The notes under the pieces are model-generated. The model had not been told where the DNA came from. It worked only from the letters and a program-made list of their open reading frames with translations, and did not search any database. From assembly GCA_040954595.2 (NCBI GenBank), contig CM082576.2, forward strand, positions 4,004,760-4,068,759: a stretch of DNA of 64,000 bases, given 5' to 3'. The DNA is from Balanoglossus misakiensis (Eukaryota > Animalia > Hemichordata). This document shows positions 28,901-43,560 of this stretch, piece by piece. Positions within the stretch are counted from its first letter, which is position 1. The number at the start of each line of letters is the position of its first letter. A program made the translations under genes and the position numbers.

Positions 28901-31900
28901 CATATTAAAAGTTCCAGGTGGCACTATTGAAATGGTTTTTGCCCCTCATTTATTCCCCGCAATTTTACATTTTGGATCTTGTTTTAGATTTTAGAGAGAA
29001 TCTGCCATGGGAGAGAGATGCCCACTGAAGAGGACATTGACGCCCATATGGCCGATACACTACTACCTCCATACATGCCAAATAAAGCCGAAGGTAAAGC
29101 TAGAGTCACTATGTGCTCTAGTATACCTTTGATCAACAGGTCAGTTTGCATCATTGTTCAAGACTGGACCATTTGATGTGATTTTCAATCTTTGTCAAAT
29201 CTGATGCCCATTGACATGTACTAAATTTTGTATTTAAGAGCATTGGTGTGAGTGTTTTTCAGCATGTCAATTGTAGGGTAATCTATGCAGACATGGCTTG
29301 GAGACTTTCCCCTTTCTTGATTGACACTAGAGGGCAGTTTGATAAAAGTTTTCATGTAAAACGTCGATGCATCCAGTGTTATCCAGCGGCGCAATGTTTA
29401 GTACAGGAACTACAACATGCCAGACGACAGTCAATAATTCGATTTCTCACTCTCACTGGGGATATTTTATCTCACAGATGCTAGAAGAAATCTTTTTTCC
29501 CATGCCCCTGTGGTGTGAGATTTTTTAAGTCACACATGATCACACTGCCTAATAATTTTAAATCATAGTAGTAGTGCTTCATTCTGTGATCAACATTTGT
29601 TTTGAAATGGTGTCAACATCTAATGCAATTAACAACTGATAGTATCGATAGTGGGTTATTTGTTTTTAATATAACCATTCTTTTGAATTTGATTTCTCTG
29701 TTGATTTATATCATTTAGATACTGTGCCAAATTGCCAAGCGATGCCTTCACTCACCTTACTCCAAAGTGCAAGACGGAGCAGATAGAGAAATCTGATCCA
29801 CCGCTGTACAGATCCACTTTGTATTTACCAATCAACTCTCCTCTTAGGCAACCAATAGAAGTGAGTAGCAGTACCAAGAATCGTTTTCATCATCATTGTA
29901 GCAATTTATCAGAGACTTGTGGGATTTCAACAAGAAACCCTCCAATTTCATGCAACGATACATTGTGACTATGGCAACGTTCCAGTGATAAAGTAGAGTT
30001 TCTTCACTGTAATGTTTATGATATCATTGTGGTTGTATCAGGACAATTACCCCTGGATTTTAACCAGCAGGGTATTTCCCACCCACATGTTAGTGGTAGG
30101 GAGAGTGGTGTGATTGTAGTAAGTGTCCGGTGGGTGAATAACCAGGGGGTGACTGGCCTAGAACAATTGTGATCATGTTCATGTACTGTATCAAGACTAG
30201 TCAAATCAAACAAACTTTTTCTTTTAGAATATCTTGAAAAAATGCTAGTATGCTGCCAGAAAAGTACATAATAAAATGTGATGACATGTGATGTGGTGTT
30301 GGACATACCCTAATTTTAAGACCAAACCGGGACTGTTATTGCCCATTCAAATGTGTGTGTGGATTATTGTGTAAAAATCCACGAGACTGTTGACCATGCA
30401 TGACAATTTCATGTTTTCTAATGCACAGGGTCCAATAATGACAAGGAAAACTTTTGCAGAAATGGCTGTTGCTTTAAAAGCTTGTGAACTTTTACATCAA
30501 GCAGGTAAGCAGCATTCTCAGCCAAGTGGGCATGACTAAGGATTACCTTTAATTTAAAAAGAGTGTTGTCATGTTGCTTCTTGTTGTAAGTAGCATGATA
30601 AGATGAGTTTGTTGATTGGTTCAGAAACTGCTCATGCAGTTACTTTGAGCAAATGTTTGCTTGGAGTGCTCTCCATCAGATTTCATCTTTTATCTCCTGA
30701 AATGAAATGTGTACGTCTAATGCTAAAGGTGCCCTTGTTGATTTGTGATGGAAATTGATCTGTATTGAAGAAATATAACTTCTGCATGTCGCGCTTGAAT
30801 TTACCGATTCTGATCAAGTGAGACTATAGCGTCCTTGACACATGATCGATCCATTATCACTTCCATGCCGACAGTATTTTGTCCATAATTTTGTGTCTTT
30901 GTATCAAAAGAAATACACTGGCGATTGACAAAATTTACCGTGTCATTCAAATGGAAATTTTCTGAGGTGTCTCAATTTCCATTCAATTTAACAGAGATAT
31001 TTCTTAATATTGATAACAGCATTCACTTGATAGAAGTTGATTGTTACCAAGACAAGTCACTTTTTTTTAAATGTCACACTCCATATTGCATTCCAGGTGA
31101 ACTTGACGAACATTTACTACCAGTGGGTAAAGAAGTTGTCCCATATGAGGACAGAGACACCTTTGATGAGGGGATGGACAGCGATGGGCCCCGTCCTGGC
31201 ACTACAAAGAGAAGACAGTACTATTGTAAACAGGTATTAAGGAGATTAGAAGCTGCAGATTATCTTTTTTCTCTAGGAAACCGTTCAGTTGCGAAAGTCT
31301 GTTTGTGAAAATGTGTCATCTCCTTAGGGAGGTCTGTGTAATTTGATAACCAATGTAAAGGTCATGTTGTGGATATTTGGGGTCGCTCACTCCAAATACT
31401 AATTTTATGGTATTGCCTATAAAAAATACTTTTAATCATCACGGTTACCACTTATTCTTAATTTTGGTATATTTTTTTCTGATTATGAATACTAAATTAT
31501 GTAACCATTTTCTTTGTTCTGTCAGCGATGGTGTTCTTTAGTTTCCCATCAAATGTAATTGTAGCCTTTCTTCATATTTTTAATTGCCAACTCAATCTTT
31601 GGCAAGCATTTATTTTGCGATTGCTTCAATCTTGCTTCGCTTACGTGGAATTCTGTTGAATGGAATCGTCGTGGAATATTTACTGTCTGTAGAAAAAATT
31701 AGGAAATTTCACTGGCTGTCGCTATTCCCATGCGAAAGATATCTGAGACAAAAAATTGATATTTGTAGAGAGGTGACAGCAGCAGAACAAAACAACAAAG
31801 ACCAAGCAAATATAAAAAAAGTACAGCCTTTCTCTACAGCTGATTTTTATCGAATTGGCAATTACTGTTTCTTGAGAAATTCAATATTCGGCACGAGAAT

Positions 31901-33654
31901 CAATACAGCTTCAGAAAGAGCTTTCTGCACGAAATTTTTACTCATTGATTTAGACTAACATCCGCCAGAGGGAAATCAATTATGGAAATTTTGTCTTGGA
32001 ATATTTTTTGGCTCTTACTGAAGCCTTAGATACTGTAAACGACAATATTCTTCTGCCCTTAATTTGTATTTGAGGCCCTCCTCTGCATTGGTTTACTGGT
32101 TATCTCTCCAACAGGCAAATATTTTTAAGTGATGCTAGCTCTGACTGTTCTGTTCTTCCATAGTGATCTACAGTATCCTTGGCCCTCTGTTGTTTCTTAT
32201 CTACATAAATGTCAATCCCAGTTCTTCAGTCTTGAATAAACTCTTTTCCCCTCCTAACTAAAGATAACAGTTACAATACCACTGGGGCAAAGAACCAAAT
32301 CAAGGATATTGAAATGTTGTGAACCAACAACAAGCTACTCAAAAAATTAATTACGTGCTTTTTTCATCCTGACACAATCAAATCAACAATCCAGACAATT
32401 TTATATGCACCAACAACATTTTATTAAATGAAGTTGACAGCAATTGTTACCTGGGCATTGAAATTAACAAACATTACTTGGAAATGTCAAATCAATACAG
32501 CTGTCAATAAAATTGTTCAAAGATCGACTTGAGTCCCAACCTTAGATAACCTTTAACTCACAGTAAACCTCACTTCCATTCTCTGGGAATACTTGGCATC
32601 GATAGGCAATTTAACCCTTTCACCCCCAGTTCCCTCTGTAGAGGTCCAACTCTTAAACATAGAATACAATGGATTTGGACCAAACCATGGGGAAGATGGC
32701 AAAGGACTGCCCCCATGTGTAACAGATACAAGTTTATGCTCCTATGATAAGCCACCATACAAGGCATACACAAGTGTTCAAAAATCTTGCGTTGTATTTG
32801 CAAATAACCAACATCACCTGTTGTGCACCCATTGTCCCCACACCTCTCCCTATCCACTGCTACTCCAGGTGGACCTTCAAAGGAATACAGAGCCGCCTGT
32901 AATATCATCGCCATTATTTCCTTCCAACGATACAGGTTGCAGATGCTTTACAACACAATTTACCAGGTGTCAACAAACCCTTTCACTTGTACGTGATCAA
33001 GATGATTTTAACTCTCCCGCTGCCTGATATTCTGAACACTCGTGGGCGTAAGCACTACCATCCGGAAGACAGTACTCAAGGATTCGCTATCATCATATCC
33101 AGACAAATACCAAGGGTGAGAAACCTACACATCATTGACGTACACTGCACAAACTATCCACAGTATTGTATTCATCAAATGGACAAAACTTTTACCATAA
33201 AAGGTCGCTGGAACAGGATTACAGGAAGTTTAAGCTTAAGTGTTGTATATTTTATAGACTTTGACACTATTAGGAAAACCTGTGTTAGATTTAATCAAAT
33301 TTTCAGGACAATTAGAAAGCAATTTCAGTTCTTTGTAAATTCATTGTTAGTTGGTGGGAGGGGGCGTGCAGTGTTGCTACAATGTCTTTCTCTTCATCTT
33401 CCCAGATTCCAAGCTTTCCGGTTTACACACGCTCTGGAAAAGTCAGCGTTTCCATGGAGTTGTCTGCCTCTTCAATACGCATTTCTAAGGAGAAGATGAT
33501 TCAGATCCGCAAATTCCACCGCTGCATATTCACGGAAGTGCTGAGACTGGAGAAGCCATCCATGAAATTCGATCCCAGCAACTCTCTTGCCAAGTACTAC
33601 GTGGTGCCAGTAGTTAAAAGTGGGTGAAATTTGACTTGTATTTGGGTGTAGTCC

Positions 33655-33710
<56 letters not shown>

Positions 33711-36700
33711 AGAAACATTCCAATGATGGTATTTCTCTGTGGTTGGAACCCATGCTTTCAAGACTAAGTAGTAATGTAGACATGTTTCGTAAGAGGCGGG
33801 CAAGACAAACATACAACCGATCAAGGCACATTAAATTTGCTCATCTAAATGTTTCTGTGGAGTTTAGCAACATCCATTCTTCACACAACTGATTGCTTTC
33901 TGTCCGTCTTTCAGGTCAAAATGACAGTGGAGATGAAACCCATGAAATAGATTGGTCGTTTTTGGAACTGATCAGCCAGTGTAGCGGCAAGCTTGACCAT
34001 CAGAAGCCCCCTCACTACACCATCACTCAACCTTTCGATTTCGACGTCATGAAGTACGAAGACGCGGTGGTGACGCCAATCTACCGCAACTTTGATCAGC
34101 CGCAGCGTTATTACGTGGCCGAGATATCGGAACTCAACCCGGAGAGCAAGTTTCCATCGTCTCTTTATTCGACATTCTCCAAGTACTACGACCAAAGATA
34201 TTCCCTGGGGGTGACCAACTCGGAGCAGAATCTACTCGATGTCGACTACATGTCTTCGAGGCTGAATCTGCTCACGCCACGCTATCTCAACCACAAGGGG
34301 AAGGCGCTGCCCGTGACGTCAGCACAGACGAAGAAGGAGAAACAAGAAAACCTTCAGAACAAGCAGTTCTTGGTGCCGGAGCTGTGCTACGTGTATCCCA
34401 TCCCAGCGTCTCTTTGGAGGAAAGGCGTTTGCCTACCCAGCGTCCTGTACCGCCTCAATGGCCTGCTCCTGGCGGAAGAGCTGAGGGCCCAGGTCGCGGT
34501 GGAAGCAAACGTTGGCATGGCGACCCTGCCGGAGGGCTTCAAGTTTGACGATTTGAGTTTTGGTTGGGACGAGTTCAAGATTGACGAGCAGAAGGACGAT
34601 GAGGACGGACAGAGCGATGATGATGGTGAAGGCGATTGGCCCAGTATGGGATCTAGCGAGGATGATGACGACGACTTCTATGATTTCAGCGACCCTGTGG
34701 AGTTTCAAGTCGGGGATGAAACCTTACAAGCGCTGAACAAGATCCAGATGCTCGAAACGGACGAGGTACCGTGGCCCTGCGATTCAAACGACGAGGACGT
34801 CAATGAGATTGGCTGGGAAGACGACACAGGGACCCATCACGTGATATCGTTCAGTGGCACCAGCGATCGGGAAGCTCCCAAGTCGATTGGTGCTGTAGTA
34901 GACGCAGACGAAGATGAGAAACCTGTTGACATTTTCGAAGACATGGAAAAGTTTGACTTCAAGACCAACAAAACCAGGCTGGAGAAAATCACGGAGGTGA
35001 TGGAGGTAGACTTCACAGTACCAGCTGTGGCACCTGAAAGCGGCGATCCAGTCATTCCCCCAGATAAGCTAGACGACTGTACAACTGATGAGGAACTGCA
35101 GCTGAAAGCCGGTCCGAACCCAGCCCTCCTCCTCCAGGCCCTGACCATGTCAAACGCCAGCGACGGCTTCAACCTGGAGAGGTTGGAGATGTTGGGGGAT
35201 TCCTTCCTCAAGCAAGCGGTCACCACCTACCTGTACTGCACGTACCCGGACTTGCACGAGGGAAAGCTGTCCTACATGCGCAGCAAACAGGTCAGCAATC
35301 TGAATCTGTACCGTTTGGGAAAGAAGCAGAACTTGCCCGGCCGGATGGTGGTCTCGCTGTTTGACCCACCGGTCAACTGGCTGCCACCCGGCTACGTGGT
35401 GCTTCCCGCCGAGAAAAGACAGCCGGCACCGCCCAGAGACAGTGCCTTCGAGATTGGCTACTGGGGAGAGTGCGACAAAGTGGAGAATTTCAAAGCCGAG
35501 CCCGATGTCCCGTATGATCTGCACAGCGAACAGTCGCTCTCGGACAAGAGCGTGGCTGATTGCGTGGAGTCCCTGATCGGATGTTATCTGGTGTCCTGCG
35601 GCTTCCGAGGCACGCTGCTCTTCATGTCGTGGCTCGGAATCAAAGTTCTGCCGACCATCAAAGACGACAAGGACAGGAGCAGTAACGATCGGGAAGTTAC
35701 AATCAACGGTGCAGACGCCACGGAAGATACAGCGACGGAGAAAAGCGAGACTGAGAGAAACAAGAGTGAACCCGTTCAGTATGGGTATCTGCAAGCTCCC
35801 GGCTCCCCACTATTTACACACATATCACACACCGAGGAACGGATGGCACACCTGCTGTCAGGATATGAGAATTTTGAGAAGAAAGTCAATTACCCATTTC
35901 AGGATAAAGCCTATTTGCTGCAAGCCTTCACACATGCATCTTATCACTACAATACCATCACTGATTGTTATCAAAGGTAAGATCATCTGAAAAATGGGAA
36001 CTTAAACGAAGCAAGTCTGCATAATTGTTTTGTGTGTTTGTGTGAATGCACGTGTGCATGTACATTGCATTGTGGTGTATGTAGTATATGTAGTAGGTAC
36101 ATGTAAGTTGCTTAATTGCTCACCTTGTAAAAGAAAGCATGATTTTAATGGCGGAACTAAAATGTGACCGACGTATAGAAACTGAGAAGATAGCGGGGAA
36201 ATTTTTTACTGACCAGTCTGCATTATTTCCCAACCACCCACCCGCCCCTACCACACCACCAGGCTGGAATTTTTGGGAGATGCAATATTGGACTACCTCA
36301 TAACAAAGCATCTGTACGACCACCACCAGCACCATTCTCCGGGGGCGCTTACAGACCTACGATCAGCTCTGGTCAACAACACGATATTTGCGTCTCTAGC
36401 GGTGAAGTACGACTACCATAAGTACTTCAAGGCCATCGCTCCAGAGCTGTTCCAGGTTATCGACAACTTTGTCAAGTTCCAGCATGCCACGGAAGAAACC
36501 CAGGGAATCGACTCGCAGGTATGAAATCCAACAGGCTATTAAAGCTTGTATATTTGAAATGGTTAGAAGCATATGCCACTTAAGAAGGTATTCTGAAGAC
36601 CACTGTTTATTTAACAAATCGACAACAAGATTGGTCGCAGAATTCTGCAAATTTCAATGTATTTCCAAATTGATTTTTGTATTTCGTGCTTTCATACATG

Positions 36701-39077
36701 TGTGAAATCTTTCATCCCAGTGGACTAGTTTACACCATCTTACCGGAGATTTTGTAGTCCTTGCCCTTGGGATACAGTAAACAGTCAAACTACATGTATC
36801 TCACCTATTTACTATTTACAACCAGCTGTTGCCCCCTGGCGTCCCTACCCTATGTGTTTTCTCGTTAATTTGCTGATAGTGATAACAACTTCTTCAACTA
36901 TCTTGGCATACAGTACATGCATGCTGTGACACACGTTTAATAATACATGTGTGAAATCTTTCATCCCAGTGGACTAGTATACACCATCAGCGTGTATGTT
37001 CAATCACTTTCACTCATGTGCGTCATAACTTATCTATTAAACCCAGTTGATAATGGCATCATTGCCAAAGAGATCAAAGTCCATAAACTGAATTCAGGTG
37101 GGCCCTAGGCTTTTATAGAAAACGTGTGTGTATGTGTCTGTGTGTGTGAGCATTCAATGGCAGACTTGATGATGTGCCGTAGTTGGTGCACAGATCAAAA
37201 TCACTGAATAAAAAATTTGCAGAAGTTAGAGCTGTCCCTGTAATATTGGTAGGTAATTTTTCTCTGCCTGTCCCGTTTTTCAGCTGAACAGTAACTTCTC
37301 AGACGACGAGGATGAAGAAGAGGAAGGAGAAGACAAGGAAGACATCGAGGTTCCCAAAGCGCTGGGCGACATCTTTGAGTCTGTGGCCGGCGCTATCTAC
37401 CTGGACAGTGACATGTCACTGGATGCCGTGTGGAGAGTCTACTATCCCATGATGAAACCTCACATAGGTGAGTGCGGAAACTGCCACACATTCGTCAACA
37501 CTGTGCCCGGATATGTGACACCCTCCCCTCCCACATCGCTTTTTTTTATCCTTGTGCAAATTACTATGTCAGACTTGATGGGTTACCAGGAATTCTTAAG
37601 CTATTACTGCGTCGTTTAAGTCCTTAATTTTTCCTGGGGAATACACTGCACTAGTTTCTGGACGAACCTGCAAAAGCACCATTAACGATTCCATATTTTA
37701 AAAAAACATTAGTTTATACCTTGCTATGTTGCATTGAGGTGATTGTGTCACCATGGTGACGTGTAAGACTCAGTCACCCATGGCAACCGTTAGTTAAAAT
37801 GGTCCCCATAGCAGTTATACTTTGAGCGAACAAATGTCAACTGTGCCTTCGTAACCAGGATGTATTATTCCACATTAATAATTCAATGATCAATTAAAAA
37901 GTAAGAAACTTTCAGTCTTAGTCCCAAGGGATGCAGAGACATTCAGAGCTTTTCTTAGATTCATACTCAACCAATGATAATTTTTCTGCATCACTTGAAA
38001 GATCTTCATTTGAGTGCGAGTAAGTTATCTTTACAATCCTGTAAAATACAAGTCAATTTTATGACGTAATTAACCCTAAGGCTTGTGCAAACTTACTTAT
38101 TTACCAATTTCTGAAATTCTATTATTTATAAAGAATATGTGGTCTTATATGAATGCACTTTCATTAAAAGGCACAGAAAAGAAAGATTTCAATCCATAAA
38201 TCAACTCTGTAGGCATCTAATGAATCGTTTATACAATTTTCTGAATTAATTTTGAGCAGTTAATTTTAGTAAAGAAACCATTGTAAATATGACAGCACAT
38301 TTACTTAATAGATCAATGCAATCCTGGCATCTTCTTTCAGAATTAATATTTTCTTTTAAAAGGTTTCCTCTTGTATTAACTTATTCGTAATCAAGAATCA
38401 CTGAAACATTTGAAGCTCAGTTTAATCTCTTGATGGATATTTGAGACCTTCATAGTTTGAGTAATCATTCATTTTTTTGGCCCCCACGTACAGGACCATC
38501 AGGCAAAGGAGGGGGGGGGGGAGCCAACACTTGTGTGTATGTTGTGTGTGTTTCTTCGATTGTATGTCCACATATTACTGATTCATGACTGGTTGTTTCT
38601 TATTTAATTTTTTATAAAACAGAGAAATATTCAGCCAAGGTGCCCATTTCGCCGGTGCGAGAGTTACTGGAGATGGAGCCAGAGACTGCAAGATTTGGGT
38701 AAGTCACGTATCAACAGCTCCTTGTTCTTGTGAAGATATCAGAGTGATCAACTTGGTTAGATTTGTTCAAATTGTAGTGGAGTCTCAGTCTTGTATGTTT
38801 GTTCAAATAATCCCCAGAACTGACAGCAAAGATAGCTTTCTCAAGTTTGGTGTTCAAATTCACAGGGAAGAACACATTCTGAATAATTTGGTGTCCGTGT
38901 GTCTTCTTTCTTCTTCAAATCAGACTGCCAGAGAAAACGATTGACGGTAAGACGCGAGTCGTCGTGACAGTGGCCGGAAAAGGGACATTCCGTGGAATTG
39001 GTCGTAACTACCGCATCGCTAAGTCTGCCGCTGCCAGGAGAGCTCTTCGTTCGCTGAAGGCCAAGAAGGATCCTTAA
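25975..39077 (+). CDS. DICER1: Dicer endoribonuclease; 13 coding exons (~25975-26278, 27148-28766, 28988-29139, 29719-29860, 30429-30504, 31097-31233, 32936-33115, 33406-33619, 33915-35976, 36263-36518, 37284-37467, 38623-38698, 38924-39077)
   Basis: Helicase motifs [28 protein letters not shown] and QSKGRAR; DUF283 ([13 protein letters not shown]); [11 protein letters not shown]; PAZ ([15 protein letters not shown]); RNase IIIa [21 protein letters not shown]; RNase IIIb [25 protein letters not shown]; ds[17 protein letters not shown]. Confidence 0.97.
33654..33710. repeat. (TCTG)n microsatellite in a Dicer intron
   Basis: Seen directly in the sequence. Confidence 0.95.
36694..36988 (+). repeat. 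46-bp direct repeat pair (36694-36739 and 36943-36988) in a Dicer intron
   Basis: ATACATGTGTGAAATCTTTCATCCCAGTGGACTAGT[T/A]TACACCATC occurs twice with 1 mismatch. Confidence 0.9.
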
Positions 39078-41371
39078 TAACGGAACTGGCACCAGATCCT
39101 TGGAGGCTGAACATGCAATTTTGTTCACTCTCTTTTTGGTGATGTCTTGTTCAGGGTTTTTTTTTTTATGTCACTACCCGTTGAAAATTTTAGCTTGCTG
39201 ATTTAAGAGACTCTGAAAATGGCTTCAATTGTCATAAGTTATCAAGAGTACATTATATTCAAGTGTTTTTCAAACCCACTCACCCCTCTAAGTTTTACAG
39301 ATAATGATGATAAAAGTATGGCCATCATATTATTCCTGGAGATAAAAATCTGCCCAACAAAAAATGTCAGTGCATGTGATCGTTATTAAAGCAGTGAAAA
39401 TATAGATTTCTTGCCGTAATTCTAGAACTGCTCAATCAGTTTTCAGATGCGAGGCTCTCTTCCACGAATGATACAAAAGATACTTGATGTTAATTACAAT
39501 ATAAAACTTTAAAGACCATGTGACTGAGGCACACAGTATATGCACATGTTGCCAGCACTGACCAAACACGCTTCCTGACATGTGAATGCAGGCAACATGC
39601 AGAACTCCACAAATGCTCATTCATTTATGCTTACATACATACATACGGACAGACAGACAGAAAGACAAACCCACCCTTGATGTTGTGATAATAATACGTA
39701 CCGGTCATGGATTCTACAAAATACTTGCATGTGCATTGCTTGCATAGCACTTCATGCTTTGTGTCATATTTCTGAAATTATTGTGCATTTCATATGATGA
39801 AACGCGACACAGATTTTAGCATGTTTAATGAATTTTTGAAATTACTGCTCCAGCTCCATATTCACTAAAAATAATGATACAATCAACTTTACAGGCTAAA
39901 TGGCAGTAGCAAGCACTTTTTCCAGATTTTCGATCTTTAATGTCAAAGTCATTCAAACACGTTCAGTGCATATCCAGGTTATTTATAAAAAAAAACACCT
40001 TGTAAAAAAGCTCAGTCAAGTCAATGCCCAAAATACATATCAAAGCTGTTGATTCTTCTCAATGTCTTTCACTTCTATCTATGAAATATTCCGACCTTGA
40101 TTGTGGTTTTAATCCATGTTTTTCACTGCCATCCACTGAGAGAATAATAATCAAGATGTTTGTTGACTTGCCACGGCAACCGTTCAACTCTGATGACTGT
40201 TAATGTTTGAAAAAAGATGCTTGAGAAACATTCCTTGATGTTTTGACAGCCTCGGGTATACCAACGAGGCTCTCTCATTAGAGAAGTTATAATTGACTCC
40301 GTCTAAAGGCCACACATCCTGATCCTCTGATAATTGTACATCACTGAGACGTCAGTTTCTCTACCCTCCCTTGTCATAAAAGTCATGCAGGGAACCCGGG
40401 GCGTGTAGCGATTCGATATTGCAGTGCGATTCAGATTTTTAGTGTGTGCGGTTCACTTGTGATAAGATTCTGATAATCTGAAATGATCGTGTATGCCTGC
40501 TTACTGAATTTATTATGAGATTTGAATGGAAATGTATCAAAGATGATAAGGACGATGTCTGAATCATTCTGTGGTGTTTTCAAAAGTGCAGTGGCAGGGA
40601 TACTAATTCTGTTGTCGTGTAAGTTATTTTCTCGGGTAAAGAATTATCACTCGCTTGCGCATGTGTACATTCCTGCTTTGAAAGTGTTCATTTACATGGA
40701 GGTGGTCCAGTTAATGTTTGCTGGAAATAGGTACATGCTTTGACAGTTGTGTCTGATGGAATCGAACAAGCACTGTTCAATCGCCTACTTGTGTATTCAG
40801 CTATAAAATGCAGTAATTTCCCAGCCCAGTCGTGACAACCGGGGAAATATTTGGAGAGAGACATGGAAGGTTTTCGTTGTTTCAAGACAGATTTCTTTTC
40901 TGTATATTTTGTGTTGCATTTTGTACGTAAATGCCAGTTTCAAAATTCAATGGAAGTAGGAAGTCAATCCGATGAAGATGTTCATCCAGACAACTCGTAC
41001 ACAGACTTCTCAAAACAAAGTGCAAGAATTGTCCAGATTTTCCAAATCATGACTGAAATTTTGTGACAGACCTCGTTGCTCGGTCACTAGAATGTGTTTT
41101 TTTGCTCATTCCTTTGTGGTGTACAAACAATAACAAAATTCACAGTGCCAAGTTTCTTGAGCGAGATTTAGGTTTTGTGTATTTGTTAGATTTAGAAGTG
41201 TGGTAACAAATGGCTATGAAGCAATAGAAATTTTTTGTGAGATTTAAAAACAAAATTGAATAATGACCATATGTACCATGTAATGGTGCATGACTTAAAC
41301 GACTATATGTGCTGTATATGTGTCCTTTCAAATGGACTGCAAGTCAAGAAAATGCTTCCTTCCTCACCCAG

Positions 41372-41459
41372 TGTAGACTGAAAAATTCAGTCATGTGTGG
41401 GCACTCCGGGTCATAGGCACGCATGAGGACCCGCACACAAGTGAATCTTTCAGTCTACA
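41372..41459. repeat. 88-bp hairpin downstream of the Dicer stop codon
   Basis: TGTAGACTGAAAAATTCAGTCATGTGTGGG pairs with CCGCACACAAGTGAATCTTTCAGTCTACA. Confidence 0.8.
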
Positions 41460-43560
41460 TCCAGTGTATCTTTTGAAATTCTAAACTAATCAGCTCAGAA
41501 CTACAATGGGTAGAAACACCAGGGGATATTGGGGACTTATCTGTGTGCCGCCTGAGAGTTGCACACTTTTCATATGATGGTACTATTCTGTGTTTCATTG
41601 TTTTTTGCTGTCAAGAGGAACCTACTGATTTGGGCACTTCACACACGTACGTGAACACTTCTTGTCATCCATTCTGATAACATTATCTGCAAAATAAAAC
41701 AACACGTTTTAAAGTAATGCATTTTTGTGCATCACGTTGTTTGCGTAAAGTGCGTTCTGCTTGTTAGTTCATGCTGGGCAATGACCGACAACACAATTTC
41801 TGCAAATTATTTAAGACCGGTTGGAGCTACCTTCGGAAAGGTTTATAAGTACATGTACCTTCGGGTGGTTGCAGAACTGCCTTCATTAGGGGAGAACCGT
41901 TTTATTTCGAGGGGGGGGGGGTGCGTAAGTCATATTTTTTCCACCAGTTGCATCATTGTTTTTCTATTGCCAGTCCACTTTTCCCCTCAAGGCATTGCAG
42001 AAGAAAAATGTCTTTCCTCCACCCCCCCCCCCCCGAAATCCAATGGCTTTCCCCCTGTGGTTATAGAAGCATCGCAGCTATAGCAGGCCTGCATGGTTTC
42101 TTCCAAATAATTATCGTCAATTTCAATAATTACTTATCTGGGGACAGCGCACACCCAGAACATAACAATTGATGTTCTTCTACACGTTGCTTTTCCGGCG
42201 ATGGTGTGATTTTCTAAAATAACCCGAATTACCTTTAGTGGGTTGTCAATTTTTAATGAAGTTTTCCTGAATGCAGTGCTGGTGATATCAGAGAATCTAT
42301 TAAGCTGCCTCGCGGATATGCTGTCCTACAGCAACATATGCTGCGTGCAGAGTTGTGTAAAAAATTAATTATACCGACAATCTTTACAGCACTTTGAAGT
42401 TGACGGTTTATCGTTAGTGTCATCAAACCACCCGAAAGAAGGTCATTATAAACGACGTCATGCTATAGGCTTATACGGCCACTAGAGGTAATTATTTTAC
42501 CCAGCCTAGTTACGCATTTCATCAGAATTCACGTTTACAATTATATTCATGAAATATGGGCCTATGTAGGCAGCATCAAAGTTTACTGTAATTATGTGTT
42601 ATTCCGATTTCGACTTTGTAAACTTGACATGTATGGCTGCAGTTTAGGTCACAAAATAATTGAGGTCGAATTCTTCTCCGACCAAAGAAATTTGTTATTC
42701 TCGGCTAAGCTCAAAAACAGTTGTGTGGGTTAGGGCAAGAATTTTGACGACAGCACACAGCAATATAATTCCTTACTAGAATACGGTTTCGTAAGTTGTA
42801 AACATTAATTGACTTGGCGGTAACGTCTACAGACAAAACGACAAAAACAGCAAGATGTCTGGAAAATAAATTTATTGCAAATCCGATGAAACTGATATAA
42901 AAGAAAAAGCCATCTTGAGTAGCACGCCAAGCCGCCAAAGATGGGTTGTTGAAAGACATTTTCCGTTCTCAAATGTAGAACAAGTGTGAAGAATATGGAC
43001 CATACCATGTTGTTTAATGTAATCCTATGGGAAGAGACACAGCTCGTGGTAGTGCGTGGCATGTCTTTAATATGAGCACATGTGTAGTTGGGTTCAAAGC
43101 AATCGGTAAAATTGAAAGTATTGTCATTTCTTTAAATTCCTGACCCACCCCTCCCGAAATGATTGAAAGCTCCCTGGGAAACCAATTTTCCTCAATGATA
43201 TCACAGGGGCGATGCAATATAAAGATCGACCATAACGAACTTCGTTGGCTAATGAGAAAAACATGATCGTTAAACGGTTTTCCGAATGCGACATGCATAC
43301 GTGCAATTCTTCTTTCATGGTTACCCTTCTTGCTCGCCAGCGACAAATACACCTTGTGACTACGGAAATTAACTCAATGCTCGATGATGCCCTTAACATT
43401 TCCTTGGACACTGTGGTATAAATAAAGGAAATGATATTCACCATGACAACATCGGCTTCCGCTTCGACGTGAATAAATTATTATGATAAAATCCCGAAGT
43501 GACAAGACTTTCGTCGTTGTCTAACTTTATGCGTCTACTTCACGTGTCGCTCGCGTAACC

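Noticed and set aside
31584-32914. Possible nested gene in a Dicer intron (ORFs 31584-31958, 32570-32914, 32593-33027)
   Set aside because: No motifs or consistent exon chain. The TTAACCCTTTCACCCCC segment at ~32611 looks like a truncated repeat end, with no matching second terminus seen.
27440-35794. Long antisense ORFs over Dicer exons (similar ones overlie the LamG and Mab-21 exons)
   Set aside because: Shadow ORFs caused by GC-rich codon usage on the coding strand.
36694-36988. CRISPR-like repeat-spacer
   Set aside because: Only two copies about 200 bp apart, in a eukaryotic intron, with no cas genes.
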